A DNA stretch of 64,000 nucleotides from Actinomycetota bacterium (GTDB taxonomy: Bacteria > Actinomycetota > Coriobacteriia > Anaerosomatales > JAUXNU01), in NCBI GenBank assembly GCA_030682655.1, contig JAUXNU010000127.1, positions 14,597-78,596 of the forward strand, written 5' to 3'. This document shows, one piece after another, positions 35,337-44,981 of the stretch; the first letter of the stretch is position 1, and each line of letters begins with the position of its first letter. The notes below the pieces were generated by a model, which was given only the letters and a program-made list of their open reading frames with translations, made no database searches and was not told the DNA's origin. Both the position numbers and the translations under genes were made by a program.

Positions 35337-36455
35337 ATGACTGACGGGCGGCTACTGCGGACATTTCTCGACCTGGTGCGTATTGACAGCCCATCGCGCT
35401 CGGAGTCGGTTGTGGCAGCGTATTGCGGAAGCGCTTTTGAAGCGCGCGGGTTCGAAGTGCGTTTCGATGACACCATGTCGAGTACGGGTGCCGACATCGG
35501 GAACCTGATAGCGACGCGTCACGGCGATTCGGAGCGAACGCTCGTCCTTAGCGCGCACATGGACTGCGTGGAGCCATGCCGGGGTGTCGAACCTGTGGTG
35601 GTGGACGGGGTTGTCTCCTCGGCAGGGCAGACCGTGCTTGGCGCCGATGACAAGGCGGGCATCGCGGCGATTCTGGAGGCCGTGGACCGGCTGGACGAAT
35701 CGGGCGCACACACACCGGCGCTCAAGATCATCCTGACAGTCTGTGAAGAGCTTGGACTGCACGGCGCCAAGGCGCTCGACCCGGCGGACGCTGCCGGGGA
35801 TCTCTGCCTGGTGCTCGATGCGGACGGCGAGCCCGGCGGCATCGTCATTGGCGCTCCGACGCACTACACGTTCGTGGCGACATTCCAAGGAACCGCCTCC
35901 CACGCGGGCGTTGCGCCTGAGCGAGGCCGGTCGGCGCTCGTCATGGCATCGCGCGCGATCGCTGCGATGCAGCTCGGCCGGCTGGACGAGAACACCACCG
36001 CCAACATAGGGACCGTCGAAGGCGGAATCGCGACGAATGTGGTAGCCGCATTCGCGAGGGTTACCGGTGAGTGCCGCTCACTCCTCGCCGAAAGGGCGGA
36101 CGAAGTGCGGCTGCTCATGGACCAGGCGATGAGGGAGGCGGCTCGCACCGGGGACGGACAGGTGGATATCGCGTGGACCAAGGAGTACGAGGGGTTCCTG
36201 CGGGACTCCGACGACACGCTTGTCGTGATCGTCTCCGATGCGTGTCGGGAGGTAGGGCTACAGCCCCGGACATTCACGACCGGTGGTGGCAGCGACGGCA
36301 ACGTCTTCTCCAGCGACGGGACTCCCACGCTCGTGCTGTCCTGTGGCATGCGCAACGTCCACAGCACTGACGAGACCGTTCACCTTGCGGACATGGATTC
36401 GATTGCGGCGCTCATCGTCGCGGTGGCAAGCAGGGTGGCCGATCCGTCGTCATGA
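35337..36455 (+). CDS. M20-family metallopeptidase (peptidase T / tripeptidase-like)
   Basis: Internal ATG at 35337. SAHMDCV, GADDKAGIAAILEA, CEELGLHG and a C-terminal GGGSDGN pattern. Confidence 0.8.
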   Translation: MTDGRLLRTFLDLVRIDSPSRSESVVAAYCGSAFEARGFEVRFDDTMSSTGADIGNLIATRHGDSERTLVLSAHMDCVEPCRGVEPVVVDGVVSSAGQTVLGADDKAGIAAILEAVDRLDESGAHTPALKIILTVCEELGLHGAKALDPADAAGDLCLVLDADGEPGGIVIGAPTHYTFVATFQGTASHAGVAPERGRSALVMASRAIAAMQLGRLDENTTANIGTVEGGIATNVVAAFARVTGECRSLLAERADEVRLLMDQAMREAARTGDGQVDIAWTKEYEGFLRDSDDTLVVIVSDACREVGLQPRTFTTGGGSDGNVFSSDGTPTLVLSCGMRNVHSTDETVHLADMDSIAALIVAVASRVADPSS

Positions 36456-37564
36456 GACTCGTGTGGGCCATCGTCACCTCCGTGGAGGCGACAGCTGACG
36501 GTGCGCAGACGCTCGAGGTCGCGCTCGATGACCGGGGCAGTGGACGTGCGATCGCCTACACGCGGCTGACCGGGGAGTGCCGTCTCGCCGACCGCGTCTT
36601 GCTCAATACGACCGCCGTCGACATGTCCCTCGGCACAGGTGGGCTGCACTTCGTGGTGGCCCGCATGGGGGACGCCGAGGGTGTGGCGCTCGACGACCCG
36701 TCCGGCGGACACATCATGAAGATGCGCTATACGCCGTCGCAGATCGACGTGCTTGCCGTCGAGGAGCACGAGAGCCCACACCACTCGATCATGAAGGCTG
36801 CCGAGGACATAGCAGGGCTTCCGGTGGCCTGCTGCGGGCTGCACAGCCAGGTGCCCCTGGTGGCCGCAGCGGTCAAGGCTTTCGACGCGAACTTGCGCAT
36901 AGCATATGTCATGACCGACTTCGCGGCGCTGCCGCTGGTGCTTTCGGATGTCGTGAGGGCCGCTGTCAGGGCGGGATTGATCGATACCACGATCACGTGC
37001 GGACAGGCGTTCGGCGGTGACCTCGAGGCCGTGAACCTGCACTCGGCTCTGCTGGCTGCGCGCCATGTGGCACGGGCGGATGTGGCGATCGCCGCAATCG
37101 GTCCCGGTGTCGTCGGCACCTCGACACCATTCGGCCACGGCGGCATCGCGCAGGGTGAGGCGATAAACGCTGCGGGTGTTCTCGGAGGAGTCCCCGTGGC
37201 ATGCCTGAGGGTCTCCTTCGCCGATGCCCGCGCCCGCCATCGCGGCGTGAGCCATCACACGCTTACCGCGCTCTCGACGGTCGCGCTTGCGCCGGCTCTG
37301 GTCGCGGTTCCCTCGCTTCCCGAAGAGTACGCCGAGGAGGTAGACCTGGCCCTCGAAGAGGCCCACGTGTGGAGCCGGCACAGGCGCGCCATCTCCTCGG
37401 CCGGGAGCACCGCTCCGCCCTCTCTAGGCGGCGTCGAAGTGAGAACGATGGGTCGCGATCTTAACCAAGATCCCGCGTTCTTCGCAGCCGCTTTCGCCGC
37501 TGGGGACGTCTGTGCCAGAGTCGCCCGGGTAGCGCAGGGCAAGCTGCCGCCGACGGGTGAATAG
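36452..37564 (+). CDS. DUF3866-like conserved protein of unknown function
   Basis: 370 aa. ATGA overlap with the M20 gene. Family assignment is from recalled family features (LNTTAVDMSLGTGGLHFV, HSQVPLVAAAVK, IGPGVVGTSTPFGHGG) and was not verified by a search. Confidence 0.55.
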   Translation: MRLVWAIVTSVEATADGAQTLEVALDDRGSGRAIAYTRLTGECRLADRVLLNTTAVDMSLGTGGLHFVVARMGDAEGVALDDPSGGHIMKMRYTPSQIDVLAVEEHESPHHSIMKAAEDIAGLPVACCGLHSQVPLVAAAVKAFDANLRIAYVMTDFAALPLVLSDVVRAAVRAGLIDTTITCGQAFGGDLEAVNLHSALLAARHVARADVAIAAIGPGVVGTSTPFGHGGIAQGEAINAAGVLGGVPVACLRVSFADARARHRGVSHHTLTALSTVALAPALVAVPSLPEEYAEEVDLALEEAHVWSRHRRAISSAGSTAPPSLGGVEVRTMGRDLNQDPAFFAAAFAAGDVCARVARVAQGKLPPTGE

Positions 37565-37686
37565 AGTGATGGGGCCTGCTGCATAAAGCACGGTGTCTGC
37601 GTTACACTGGCCTGAGTTTCTTGCCCGCTGGTGTTCGATCCCAGCCTGGTGTGGTCAGCGGGTCCATCACAGACAAGGAGATTGCC

Positions 37687-38802
37687 GTGATCGTAGGCGT
37701 GCCCAAGGAGATCAAGGACAACGAGTTTCGCGTGGGCATGACCCCTGCGGGCGCGCGCGAATTCGTGAGCCATGGACACACGGTGCTTGTAGAGAAGTCT
37801 GCCGGAGTCGGCTCCTCGTTCGAAGATGGCGAGTACGTGGGCGCTGGTGCCGAGATCGCCGAGACCGCCGAGGAGGTCTTTGCACGCGCCGACATGATCG
37901 TGAAGGTCAAGGAGCCTCAGGCGGCCGAGATCGAGCGTCTTCGAGAGGGGCAGATCCTCTTCACGTACCTGCACCTTGCGCCCGACCTCTCGCAGACCGA
38001 GGGGCTCGTCAAGTCCGGCGCCGTGTGTATCGCCTACGAGACCGTCGAGCTTCCCAATCGCTCCCTGCCCCTGCTCGCGCCGATGTCCGAGGTTGCGGGT
38101 CGAATGGCGACTCAGGTGGGCGCCGAGTACCTGCTCAAGCCGATGGGCGGTAGGGGCATGCTCATGGGGGGCGTTCCCGGGGTTCTCCCAGCCAACGTCG
38201 TCATTCTGGGCGCGGGTGTAGTGGGCATGAATGCCGCCTACGTTGCCGTTGGCATGGGTGCCCACGTCACCGTTCTCGACGTGAACCTGGATCGGCTTCG
38301 CTACATCGATGACCTCTGGGGAAACCGGATCCGCACAGTGTATTCGTTGCGCCACAACATCGAGCAAGCAGTCTATCAGGCCGATCTCGTGATCGGCGCC
38401 GTGCTTCTGGCCGGCGCGCGTGCTCCTTGGCTCGTCACAAGAGACATGCTTCCCGACATGAAGCGCGGTTCGGTGGTCGTCGACGTCTCCGTTGACCAGG
38501 GCGGATGCATCGAGTCGACGAAGCCCACCACCCACTCCGATCCGATCTACTTCGTCGACGGTGTCCTGCACTACGGTGTCGCCAACATGCCGGGCGCGGT
38601 GCCCAACACGTCCACGCTTGCCCTCACCAATGCCACCCTGCGGTATGGTCTGGCGATTGCGAACAAGGGATGGAAGCAGGCCGTTGCCGAGGACGCGGCG
38701 CTGGCCAAGGGCGTGAACGTACTCGCGGGCAAGATCGTCTACGAGCCGGTCGCCGAGGCACACGGCATGGACTACACGCCACTGGAGCAGCTTCTGGGCT
38801 AA
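37687..38802 (+). CDS. ald: Alanine dehydrogenase
   Basis: GTG start 7 nt after [29 protein letters not shown]-terminus and the NAD motif [13 protein letters not shown]. Confidence 0.9.
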   Translation: MIVGVPKEIKDNEFRVGMTPAGAREFVSHGHTVLVEKSAGVGSSFEDGEYVGAGAEIAETAEEVFARADMIVKVKEPQAAEIERLREGQILFTYLHLAPDLSQTEGLVKSGAVCIAYETVELPNRSLPLLAPMSEVAGRMATQVGAEYLLKPMGGRGMLMGGVPGVLPANVVILGAGVVGMNAAYVAVGMGAHVTVLDVNLDRLRYIDDLWGNRIRTVYSLRHNIEQAVYQADLVIGAVLLAGARAPWLVTRDMLPDMKRGSVVVDVSVDQGGCIESTKPTTHSDPIYFVDGVLHYGVANMPGAVPNTSTLALTNATLRYGLAIANKGWKQAVAEDAALAKGVNVLAGKIVYEPVAEAHGMDYTPLEQLLG

Positions 38803-38811
38803 GGAGCGCAC

Positions 38812-39717
38812 ATGCGCTCTCACGTTGCGGAATTCATGGCCTATCTGGCCGTTGAGAGGGGGGCGTCCCCTCACACGGTCGATGCATACCGCCGCGACCT
38901 GGCAGGCTACATGGACGCGCTCGATGCCCGCGGCGTTGCTGACGTCGATGCGGTGACGCGGGACGACATCATAGCCTACCTCGTGCGACTGCACGAAGCC
39001 GGCCTTGCTCCCAGCACCGTCGAGCGTCGGGTTGCGGCGGTCAAGAGCTTCCACAAGTTCCTTGTGCGCGAGGGCGTTACCGAGAACCAACCGGCTGCGC
39101 GGGTGAGGTTGCCGAAGGTTCCCGAGAGGCTGCCGGACTCCATCTCGATCGAGCAGGCCAAGCACCTGCTTTCGCAGACCTTCGGCGACGGGCCGCCCGG
39201 CATACGGGACCGCGCGATTCTGGAGATGCTATACGGATGCGGAATGCGTGTCAGCGAGTTGACCTCACTCGAACTCGACGACCTGGCGCTTGACGACGGC
39301 TTTGTTCGCGTGTTCGGAAAAGGCGAGAAGGAGCGCGTCGTCCCGATCGGGAAGCCAGCTACGGCTGCCTTGTCGGAGTACCTTGCCCACGGGCGGCCGT
39401 ACCTTCGGACGAAGGGCTCCACCCGGCCAGCGGAGCCGTCAGCCGTCTTTCTCAGTGTGCGTGGCCGACGCCTGACGCGTCAGGCGGTCTACGCGATGGT
39501 ACGGAAGTATGGTGAACTCGTCGGGCTTCGTCTCCACCCTCACACGTTGCGGCACTCGTTCGCTACTCACATGCTCGAAGGGGGTGCGGACCTGCGCGCA
39601 TTGCAGGAGATGCTCGGGCATGCGGACATATCCACAACGCAGGTGTATACGCATGTGGACCGCCAGCACATCCGCGAGGAGTACCTCACAACTCACCCGC
39701 GGGCACGTTTGCGATAG
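38812..39717 (+). CDS. xerD: Site-specific tyrosine recombinase XerD
   Basis: 301 aa. R...HxxR...Y catalytic set (GMRVSEL, HTLRHSFATHMLEGGADLR, GHADISTTQVYTHV). Confidence 0.85.
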   Translation: MRSHVAEFMAYLAVERGASPHTVDAYRRDLAGYMDALDARGVADVDAVTRDDIIAYLVRLHEAGLAPSTVERRVAAVKSFHKFLVREGVTENQPAARVRLPKVPERLPDSISIEQAKHLLSQTFGDGPPGIRDRAILEMLYGCGMRVSELTSLELDDLALDDGFVRVFGKGEKERVVPIGKPATAALSEYLAHGRPYLRTKGSTRPAEPSAVFLSVRGRRLTRQAVYAMVRKYGELVGLRLHPHTLRHSFATHMLEGGADLRALQEMLGHADISTTQVYTHVDRQHIREEYLTTHPRARLR

Positions 39718-39882
39718 TCGTCGTGCGAGGTACCTGAGCGACCGTCGGCGGAAAGCGGAAAGCGCCGTCGGAACGTCTCGCATGAGGCTGGAGGGGGAAG
39801 AATCGATGGTGGTGGGCAAACCAAACGGCTAGTATGGATAGTAGTTGGGGAATTCTGTATTCGAACCGGAGGAGGGATCTGC

Positions 39883-40953
39883 GTGGACGTAAGGTTTAGG
39901 AGAGTCCTAGCACTGATGCTCGTATTCGCGATGGTTCTGGTGTTTGCTGCGGGATGCGGTACGAAAGATGAAGCCAAGCCGGACACCAGCACGGAGACCC
40001 CCAAGACCGACGTCAAGGCTGCCATGGTCACCGACGTAGGCGGCCTCGGCGACAAGTCCTTCAACGATCTGTCGTACGAAGGTCTCAAGAAGGCTGAGAG
40101 CGAACTCGGTGTCAAGATCGAGGTCCTTGAGTCGAAGGAGATCACGGACTACGAGTCGAACATCGATCAGCTCGCTACGGCGGGCTACAGCCCGATCTTC
40201 GCGGTCGGCTTTCTCATGACTGACACGGTCGTGAAGCTGGCCCCGACCTTCCCGGACACCTACTTCGGCGGTGTTGACGAGGAGTTCTACGATGGTGTCC
40301 CGGCCAACGTGGTGTCCCTGCTGTTCAAGGAGCAGGAGGGCAGCTACCTGGCCGGCGTGGTTGCAGGTCTGGCCACGAAGGACTCGTTTGACAGCAAGCT
40401 CAACGCCGACAATGTCATCGGCTTCATCGGTGGCATGGATGTCCCGTTGATCAAGAAGTTCGAAGCTGGTTTCATCGCCGGTGCCAAGTCCGTGAACCCG
40501 GACGTCAAGGTCATCTCGTTGTACACGGGCAACTTCACTGACCAGGCCAAGGGCAAGGAGCTCGGCTACTCGCTCATCGGGCAGAAGGCGGATGTCATCT
40601 TCGCCGCAGCTGGCGCCTGTGGTACGGGCGCGGTCGCTGCTTGCCAGGAGAAGGGCGCCCTGTTCATCGGTGTCGACGCCGACCAGTATGTGACGATTCC
40701 CGGTACTGGCGACGTCATGCTCACTTCGATGATGAAGCGCGTCGACACAGCTGTGTTCGAGGCCATCAAGGCCGTGGTCGACGGATCGTTCCCTGGCGGT
40801 CAGGCGCAGTACTTCGGACTTGCCGAGGGTGGCGTGGATCTTGCCCCGTACCACGATTTTGAGGCCAAGGTCCCGCAGACCATCAAGGATGCCGTCGAGA
40901 AGGCTCGCGAGGACATCGTCAGTGGTGCCGTCACGGTTCCTGAGACTCCGTAG
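39883..40953 (+). CDS. BMP-family (PnrA/Med-like) ABC substrate-binding lipoprotein, probable nucleoside binding
   Basis: 356 aa. Lipobox LVFAAGCG. AAMVTDVGGLGDKSFND and GFIGGMDVPLI motifs. Confidence 0.85.
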   Translation: MDVRFRRVLALMLVFAMVLVFAAGCGTKDEAKPDTSTETPKTDVKAAMVTDVGGLGDKSFNDLSYEGLKKAESELGVKIEVLESKEITDYESNIDQLATAGYSPIFAVGFLMTDTVVKLAPTFPDTYFGGVDEEFYDGVPANVVSLLFKEQEGSYLAGVVAGLATKDSFDSKLNADNVIGFIGGMDVPLIKKFEAGFIAGAKSVNPDVKVISLYTGNFTDQAKGKELGYSLIGQKADVIFAAAGACGTGAVAACQEKGALFIGVDADQYVTIPGTGDVMLTSMMKRVDTAVFEAIKAVVDGSFPGGQAQYFGLAEGGVDLAPYHDFEAKVPQTIKDAVEKAREDIVSGAVTVPETP

Positions 40954-40997
40954 TAGCACGTAGCGCCGCATCTCAGGCGACTTGTTGAGCTAGAATA

Positions 40998-41034
40998 GAG
41001 GGGCGGCGGGCCATGGTCCGGCCGCCCCTCTTTG
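40998..41034 (+). terminator. Intra-operon hairpin (attenuator/terminator) between the binding-protein and ATPase genes
   Basis: GAGGGGCGGC (40998-41007) pairs with GCCGCCCCTC (41021-41030) in a 10-bp GC stem, followed by TTTG. Confidence 0.5.
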
Positions 41035-41060
41035 CTGCACGACCATGCGAAGGGAAGACT

Positions 41061-42626
41061 ATGCCTGTACTTGAGTTGCGCGGCATTACCAAGATCTTCC
41101 CGGGCGTCGTCGCTAACGACAAGGTGTCCCTGAGTCTGGATCGCGGGGAGATCGTCGCGCTCCTTGGCGAGAACGGTGCAGGCAAGTCTACGCTCATGAA
41201 CGTCGTGTATGGCCTCATGGCGCCCGACGGGGGGCAGATACTCGTCGATGACAACCCCGTCCGGATCAAGTCGCCCCGCCAAGCCATCGACTTCGGTATC
41301 GGCATGGTGCACCAGCACTTCATGCTTGTCGAACCGCTGACGGTCACCGAGAACATCGTCTTGGGGAGGGAGCCCGGCCGCTTCGGGGTGATTGACTTTG
41401 CGACTGCCCGCGAGCGGGTGACGGAGATTTCCGCACGCTACGGGCTGACTGTAGACCCGGACATGCGCATCATGGACCTCTCGGTCGGTATGCAGCAGCG
41501 TGTTGAGATTCTCAAGGCGCTCTACCAGGGTGCCCGGGTGTTGATTCTCGACGAACCTACCGCAGTGCTGACACCACAGGAGGTTCGAGAGCTCTTTGGC
41601 GTCGTGCGCTCGCTTGTTGACGAGGGACTGTCGGTCGTCTTCATCACCCACAAGCTGGAAGAGGTGATGGCGGTTGCCGATCGCATCGTGGTCATGCGTG
41701 ACGGAGGAGTTGTCGGGGAGACTCGCCCGGAGGAGACCGACGAGGTGGGACTGGCCCGGATGATGGTCGGGCGCGACGTCGTCTTGAGCGTCGAGAAGGG
41801 CGAAACAACCTGCGGGGCCGACGTGCTCGAGGTCGATGGGCTTACGGTCGACGACGACCGTGGACTGGAGGCGGTGCGCGGTGTGTCCTTCACCGTGTGC
41901 GCTGGGGAGATTGTGGCGATAGCCGGAGTCTCCGGCAACGGCCAAGCTCAGCTTGTGGAGTCGATCGTCGGGCTGCGCCGTCCGAAAGACGGGACCATCC
42001 GCCTCAAGGGCACCGATATCACGCATGCAAGCGCCCGCGCTTCGATCGAGGCAGGCGTGTCGCATATCCCGGAAGACCGCCACCGGCGCGGGCTCGTGCT
42101 CGAATTCGATCTCGCTGAGAACTTGATCCTCGGAGATCACCGCATGGCCCCGTATGCGACCAGAGGCATTATGCACCCGGGGGCAATCACTTCGATGGCG
42201 CTCACGCGAATCGAGGACTATGACGTGCGCACGCCGTCCGAGAAGGTCGAGGCCGGTAACCTCTCCGGAGGCAACCAACAGAAGGTCGTCATTGCGCGTG
42301 AGATGGGGCGCGACCCGGAGCTGCTTGTCGCGGCGCAGCCGACGCGCGGTCTCGACGTCGGCGCGATCGAATTCGTGCACAAACAGATTCTGAAGGAGCG
42401 CCAGGCGGGCAAGGCGGTGCTCCTGGTGAGTTTGGAACTCGAGGAGGTGCTTTCGCTCGCCGACCGGATCCTCGTGATGTTCGAGGGTCAAATCGTCCGG
42501 GAATTCGCGGTCGTGGAAGCAGACGCAGAGACGCTCGGCTACTTCATGACCGGAGGCGGAGGCTCGAAGCTCAACGGCGACAAGCCAGTGTCGGATGAGG
42601 CCGCGATGGAGTTGGGGAACTCATGA
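41061..42626 (+). CDS. ABC transporter ATP-binding protein (tandem NBDs; sugar/nucleoside uptake type)
   Basis: Internal ATG at 41061. Walker A GENGAGKST, signature sequences LSVGMQQRVEI and LSGGNQQKVVI, two Walker B motifs. Confidence 0.9.
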   Translation: MPVLELRGITKIFPGVVANDKVSLSLDRGEIVALLGENGAGKSTLMNVVYGLMAPDGGQILVDDNPVRIKSPRQAIDFGIGMVHQHFMLVEPLTVTENIVLGREPGRFGVIDFATARERVTEISARYGLTVDPDMRIMDLSVGMQQRVEILKALYQGARVLILDEPTAVLTPQEVRELFGVVRSLVDEGLSVVFITHKLEEVMAVADRIVVMRDGGVVGETRPEETDEVGLARMMVGRDVVLSVEKGETTCGADVLEVDGLTVDDDRGLEAVRGVSFTVCAGEIVAIAGVSGNGQAQLVESIVGLRRPKDGTIRLKGTDITHASARASIEAGVSHIPEDRHRRGLVLEFDLAENLILGDHRMAPYATRGIMHPGAITSMALTRIEDYDVRTPSEKVEAGNLSGGNQQKVVIAREMGRDPELLVAAQPTRGLDVGAIEFVHKQILKERQAGKAVLLVSLELEEVLSLADRILVMFEGQIVREFAVVEADAETLGYFMTGGGGSKLNGDKPVSDEAAMELGNS

Positions 42627-43747
42627 GCGAACAGCGCGAGACGCTGCCCGCGCAGCGGGCCTGGATGACGGTCGCACTGAAGATCGGGACGCCGCTTGTC
42701 TCAGCGTTCCTCGCAATCGTCATCGGGTCGATAATCATGTGGGTTTCCGGCTACGATCCCGTGGCTGCCTACGCGGCGCTGTTCAAGGGCGCGTTCGGCG
42801 GCCCCAAGCAGATGGGAGACACGGTCCTGCGGGCAATACCACTCATCTTCACAGGTCTTGCCGTCGCATATGGCTTTCGGGCAGGGCTCTTCAATATCGG
42901 TGCCGAGGGTCAGCTGTTCATGGGTGGTCTTGCGGCCGCTTCGCTCGGGCTCGTCCTTGGGGGGCTACCGTGGATCGTGAGCGTCCCCCTGCTGATTCTT
43001 GCGGCGGCCCTGGCCGGCGCGGCCTGGGCGTTCATCCCGGCGATCCTGAAGGCGCGCATCGGGGCCCATGAGGTCATCACGACGATGATGTTCACCTATA
43101 TCGGCCGCTACATCGTCTCATGGTTGGTGGTAGGGCCACTCAAAGCTCCAGGTCAGATACCGCAGACCACTGCTCTGCCCCTCGAGTCCCAACTGCCGCG
43201 CATACAGACGCTCTTCTCGGACGCGACCCTCGAGGCACTCCCGTTCCTCAAGCTCGGGCGAGCGCACCTTGGAATCGTCGTTGCCATCGCGATCGCGGTT
43301 CTCGTGTGGTTCATTCTGAAACACACGACGCTCGGCTACGAGAATCGTGCGGTTGGGTTCAACCCGTGGGCATCCGAGACGGGCGGCATCTCCGTTCAGT
43401 GGACGATGGTCAAGGCGCTGTGCATCTCTGGCGCACTCGCCGGTCTTGCCGGTGCCGTTGAGGTCATGGGGGTCCACCATCGTCTGTTCGATCAGTTCTC
43501 GTCCGGATTCGGTTTCACGGGCATTGCAGTCGCACTGCTCGCGAAGAACAACCCGATCGGCGTGATTCCGGCAGCGTTGCTGTTCGGTGCGTTGTCGGCC
43601 GGCGCCGGCACTATGCAGCTCGAGGCGCACGTGCCGCAGAAGATCATCCTCATCATCCAGGCTCTCGTGATCTTCTTCGTTGCGGCCGAGGAGATCGTGA
43701 TGTGGTTCATCCGTCGTCGGCAGAAGGAGGTGGTCGGCCGTGCTTAG
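42623..43747 (+). CDS. ABC transporter permease
   Basis: 374 aa. ATGA overlap with the ATPase gene. About 9-10 TM segments, BPD/ribose-type permease pattern (FNIGAEGQ). Confidence 0.85.
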   Translation: MSEQRETLPAQRAWMTVALKIGTPLVSAFLAIVIGSIIMWVSGYDPVAAYAALFKGAFGGPKQMGDTVLRAIPLIFTGLAVAYGFRAGLFNIGAEGQLFMGGLAAASLGLVLGGLPWIVSVPLLILAAALAGAAWAFIPAILKARIGAHEVITTMMFTYIGRYIVSWLVVGPLKAPGQIPQTTALPLESQLPRIQTLFSDATLEALPFLKLGRAHLGIVVAIAIAVLVWFILKHTTLGYENRAVGFNPWASETGGISVQWTMVKALCISGALAGLAGAVEVMGVHHRLFDQFSSGFGFTGIAVALLAKNNPIGVIPAALLFGALSAGAGTMQLEAHVPQKIILIIQALVIFFVAAEEIVMWFIRRRQKEVVGRA

Positions 43748-44693
43748 CGACATCATCACACCCGACTTGTTCGCCTCCGCGCTTCGCATGGCTACGCCAC
43801 TAGCGCTGGCGGCGATAGGGGGGACCATCTGTGAGCGCTCCGGGGTGGTCAACATCGCTCTCGAGGGCATCATGCTCACGGGGGCGTTCTTCGGTACGGC
43901 CGCGGCGCTTGCGACGGGAAGTCTCTGGCTCGGCGTGCTTGTGGCGGTGCTTGCCGGCACTGCCGTGTCTGCTATCCACGCATTCGCTTCGATCAATCTC
44001 CGCGCCGACCAGGTCGTCTCCGGCACCGCGATCAACATTTTCGCGCTCGGCGTCACGGGGTTCCTCATGGAGCGCTTCTACGGGCATCCCGGGACCACGG
44101 ATCCCGCAGGCCTGCTGCGCCCGGTGTTTGGCTTCGGCTCAGCAGGATCGGGCTTCGTGGGCACGGTGTGGGACTGGATCAACGGGGCGCTGCTTTCGCA
44201 CACGCCCATCGTCTACATGGCCATCGTCATCGCGATCGTCGCCCAGTGGGCGATGTACAAGACTCGCTGGGGCCTGCATCTGCGCGCGCTCGGGGAGCAC
44301 CCGCGTGCGGTGGACACCGTCGGCGTGAGCGTAGTGCGCGGCAGGTGGGTCGCGGTTCTCATGAGCGGTGGTCTGGCGGGGCTCGCCGGCGCGAACCTGA
44401 CGCTCGAGCAGGTCGGCAGCTTCACCGAGAACATGACCAACGGCCGGGGGTTCATTGCGCTGGCAGCCAACATCTTCGGGCGTTGGACTCCGGTGGGCTC
44501 CTATCTCGCGTCGCTGCTGTTCGGGTTTGCGGATGCTCTGCAGATCAAGCTCCAGATCCTTCGCGACGTAGTCAATATCCCGCCGCAGTTCTTCCTGATG
44601 CTTCCCTACGTGCTGACCGTTGTCGTGCTCGCAGGCGTGGTGGGTCGCGCTGTGGCGCCCGCAGCAGTCGGCAAGCCGTACAGCAAGGAGTGA
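43740..44693 (+). CDS. ABC transporter permease (second subunit)
   Basis: 317 aa. GTG start overlapping the upstream stop by 8 nt. NIALEGIML motif, polytopic. Confidence 0.85.
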   Translation: MLSDIITPDLFASALRMATPLALAAIGGTICERSGVVNIALEGIMLTGAFFGTAAALATGSLWLGVLVAVLAGTAVSAIHAFASINLRADQVVSGTAINIFALGVTGFLMERFYGHPGTTDPAGLLRPVFGFGSAGSGFVGTVWDWINGALLSHTPIVYMAIVIAIVAQWAMYKTRWGLHLRALGEHPRAVDTVGVSVVRGRWVAVLMSGGLAGLAGANLTLEQVGSFTENMTNGRGFIALAANIFGRWTPVGSYLASLLFGFADALQIKLQILRDVVNIPPQFFLMLPYVLTVVVLAGVVGRAVAPAAVGKPYSKE

Positions 44694-44732
44694 CGCTGCG
44701 TGGTGCGTGAGTCGTTCAGCGGGGGCCGCGCG

Positions 44733-44981
44733 ATGCTGTGGGCTGCGACATGGGGCGCCGGCGTGGCCATTGGCGTGGCACTCGGGGGCTGGCTGACCGT
44801 GGTCGGTGGCGTCGGAACCCCGGGCCCATCGTCACTCAGCTTGACCGAGGACGTCTTCGTCCTCCCGGGACTCGCCGGAGGCGTCGTGTTTCTGTTCCAC
44901 CTGGCGGGGCAGATCCTCGTCGCGGCCATCCGATCGCGCCGATCTGCGCGTGGCAGCGACCAGGGCCACGAAGACCGCTAG
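44733..44981 (+). CDS. Candidate small two-TM membrane protein downstream of the ABC permeases (uncertain)
   Basis: ATG 44733 (GTG 44700 alternative). MLWAATWGAGVAIGVALGGWLTVVGGV...VFVLPGLAGGVVFLFHLAGQILVAAI. My hand count of G/C per codon position gives third position slightly above first position in this frame. It conflicts with the antisense ORF at 44832-45095. Confidence 0.3.
   Translation: MLWAATWGAGVAIGVALGGWLTVVGGVGTPGPSSLSLTEDVFVLPGLAGGVVFLFHLAGQILVAAIRSRRSARGSDQGHEDR

Noticed and set aside
37624-37662. GTTCGATCC T-arm-like motif and a CCCGCTG...CAGCGGG hairpin upstream of ald (considered as a tRNA fragment or riboswitch)
   Set aside because: The loop length (9 nt) and flanks do not fit a tRNA, and I recognise no riboswitch consensus. 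Most simply a 5'-UTR or terminator-like hairpin after the DUF3866-like gene. Not reported as a feature.
37255-39165. 636-aa - strand ORF spanning the DUF3866-like 3' end, all of ald and the xerD 5' end
   Set aside because: It crosses three well-supported + strand genes and two intergenic gaps. The composition is low-complexity (R/G/H/D-rich) with no RBS or start context. Antisense artefact.
39718-39882. 165-nt gap upstream of the BMP nucleoside-binding lipoprotein, examined for a purine/nucleoside riboswitch
   Set aside because: There is no match to the purine riboswitch core I know (conserved junction and loop nucleotides are absent). I saw only a weak TAGTAT -10-like element.
40991-40996. 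TAGAAT hexamer upstream of the ABC ATPase gene as another promoter
   Set aside because: It lacks the TG extension and any -35, and it lies immediately upstream of the terminator-like hairpin, so a transcript starting there would begin inside the hairpin. Weaker than the other TAGAAT sites.
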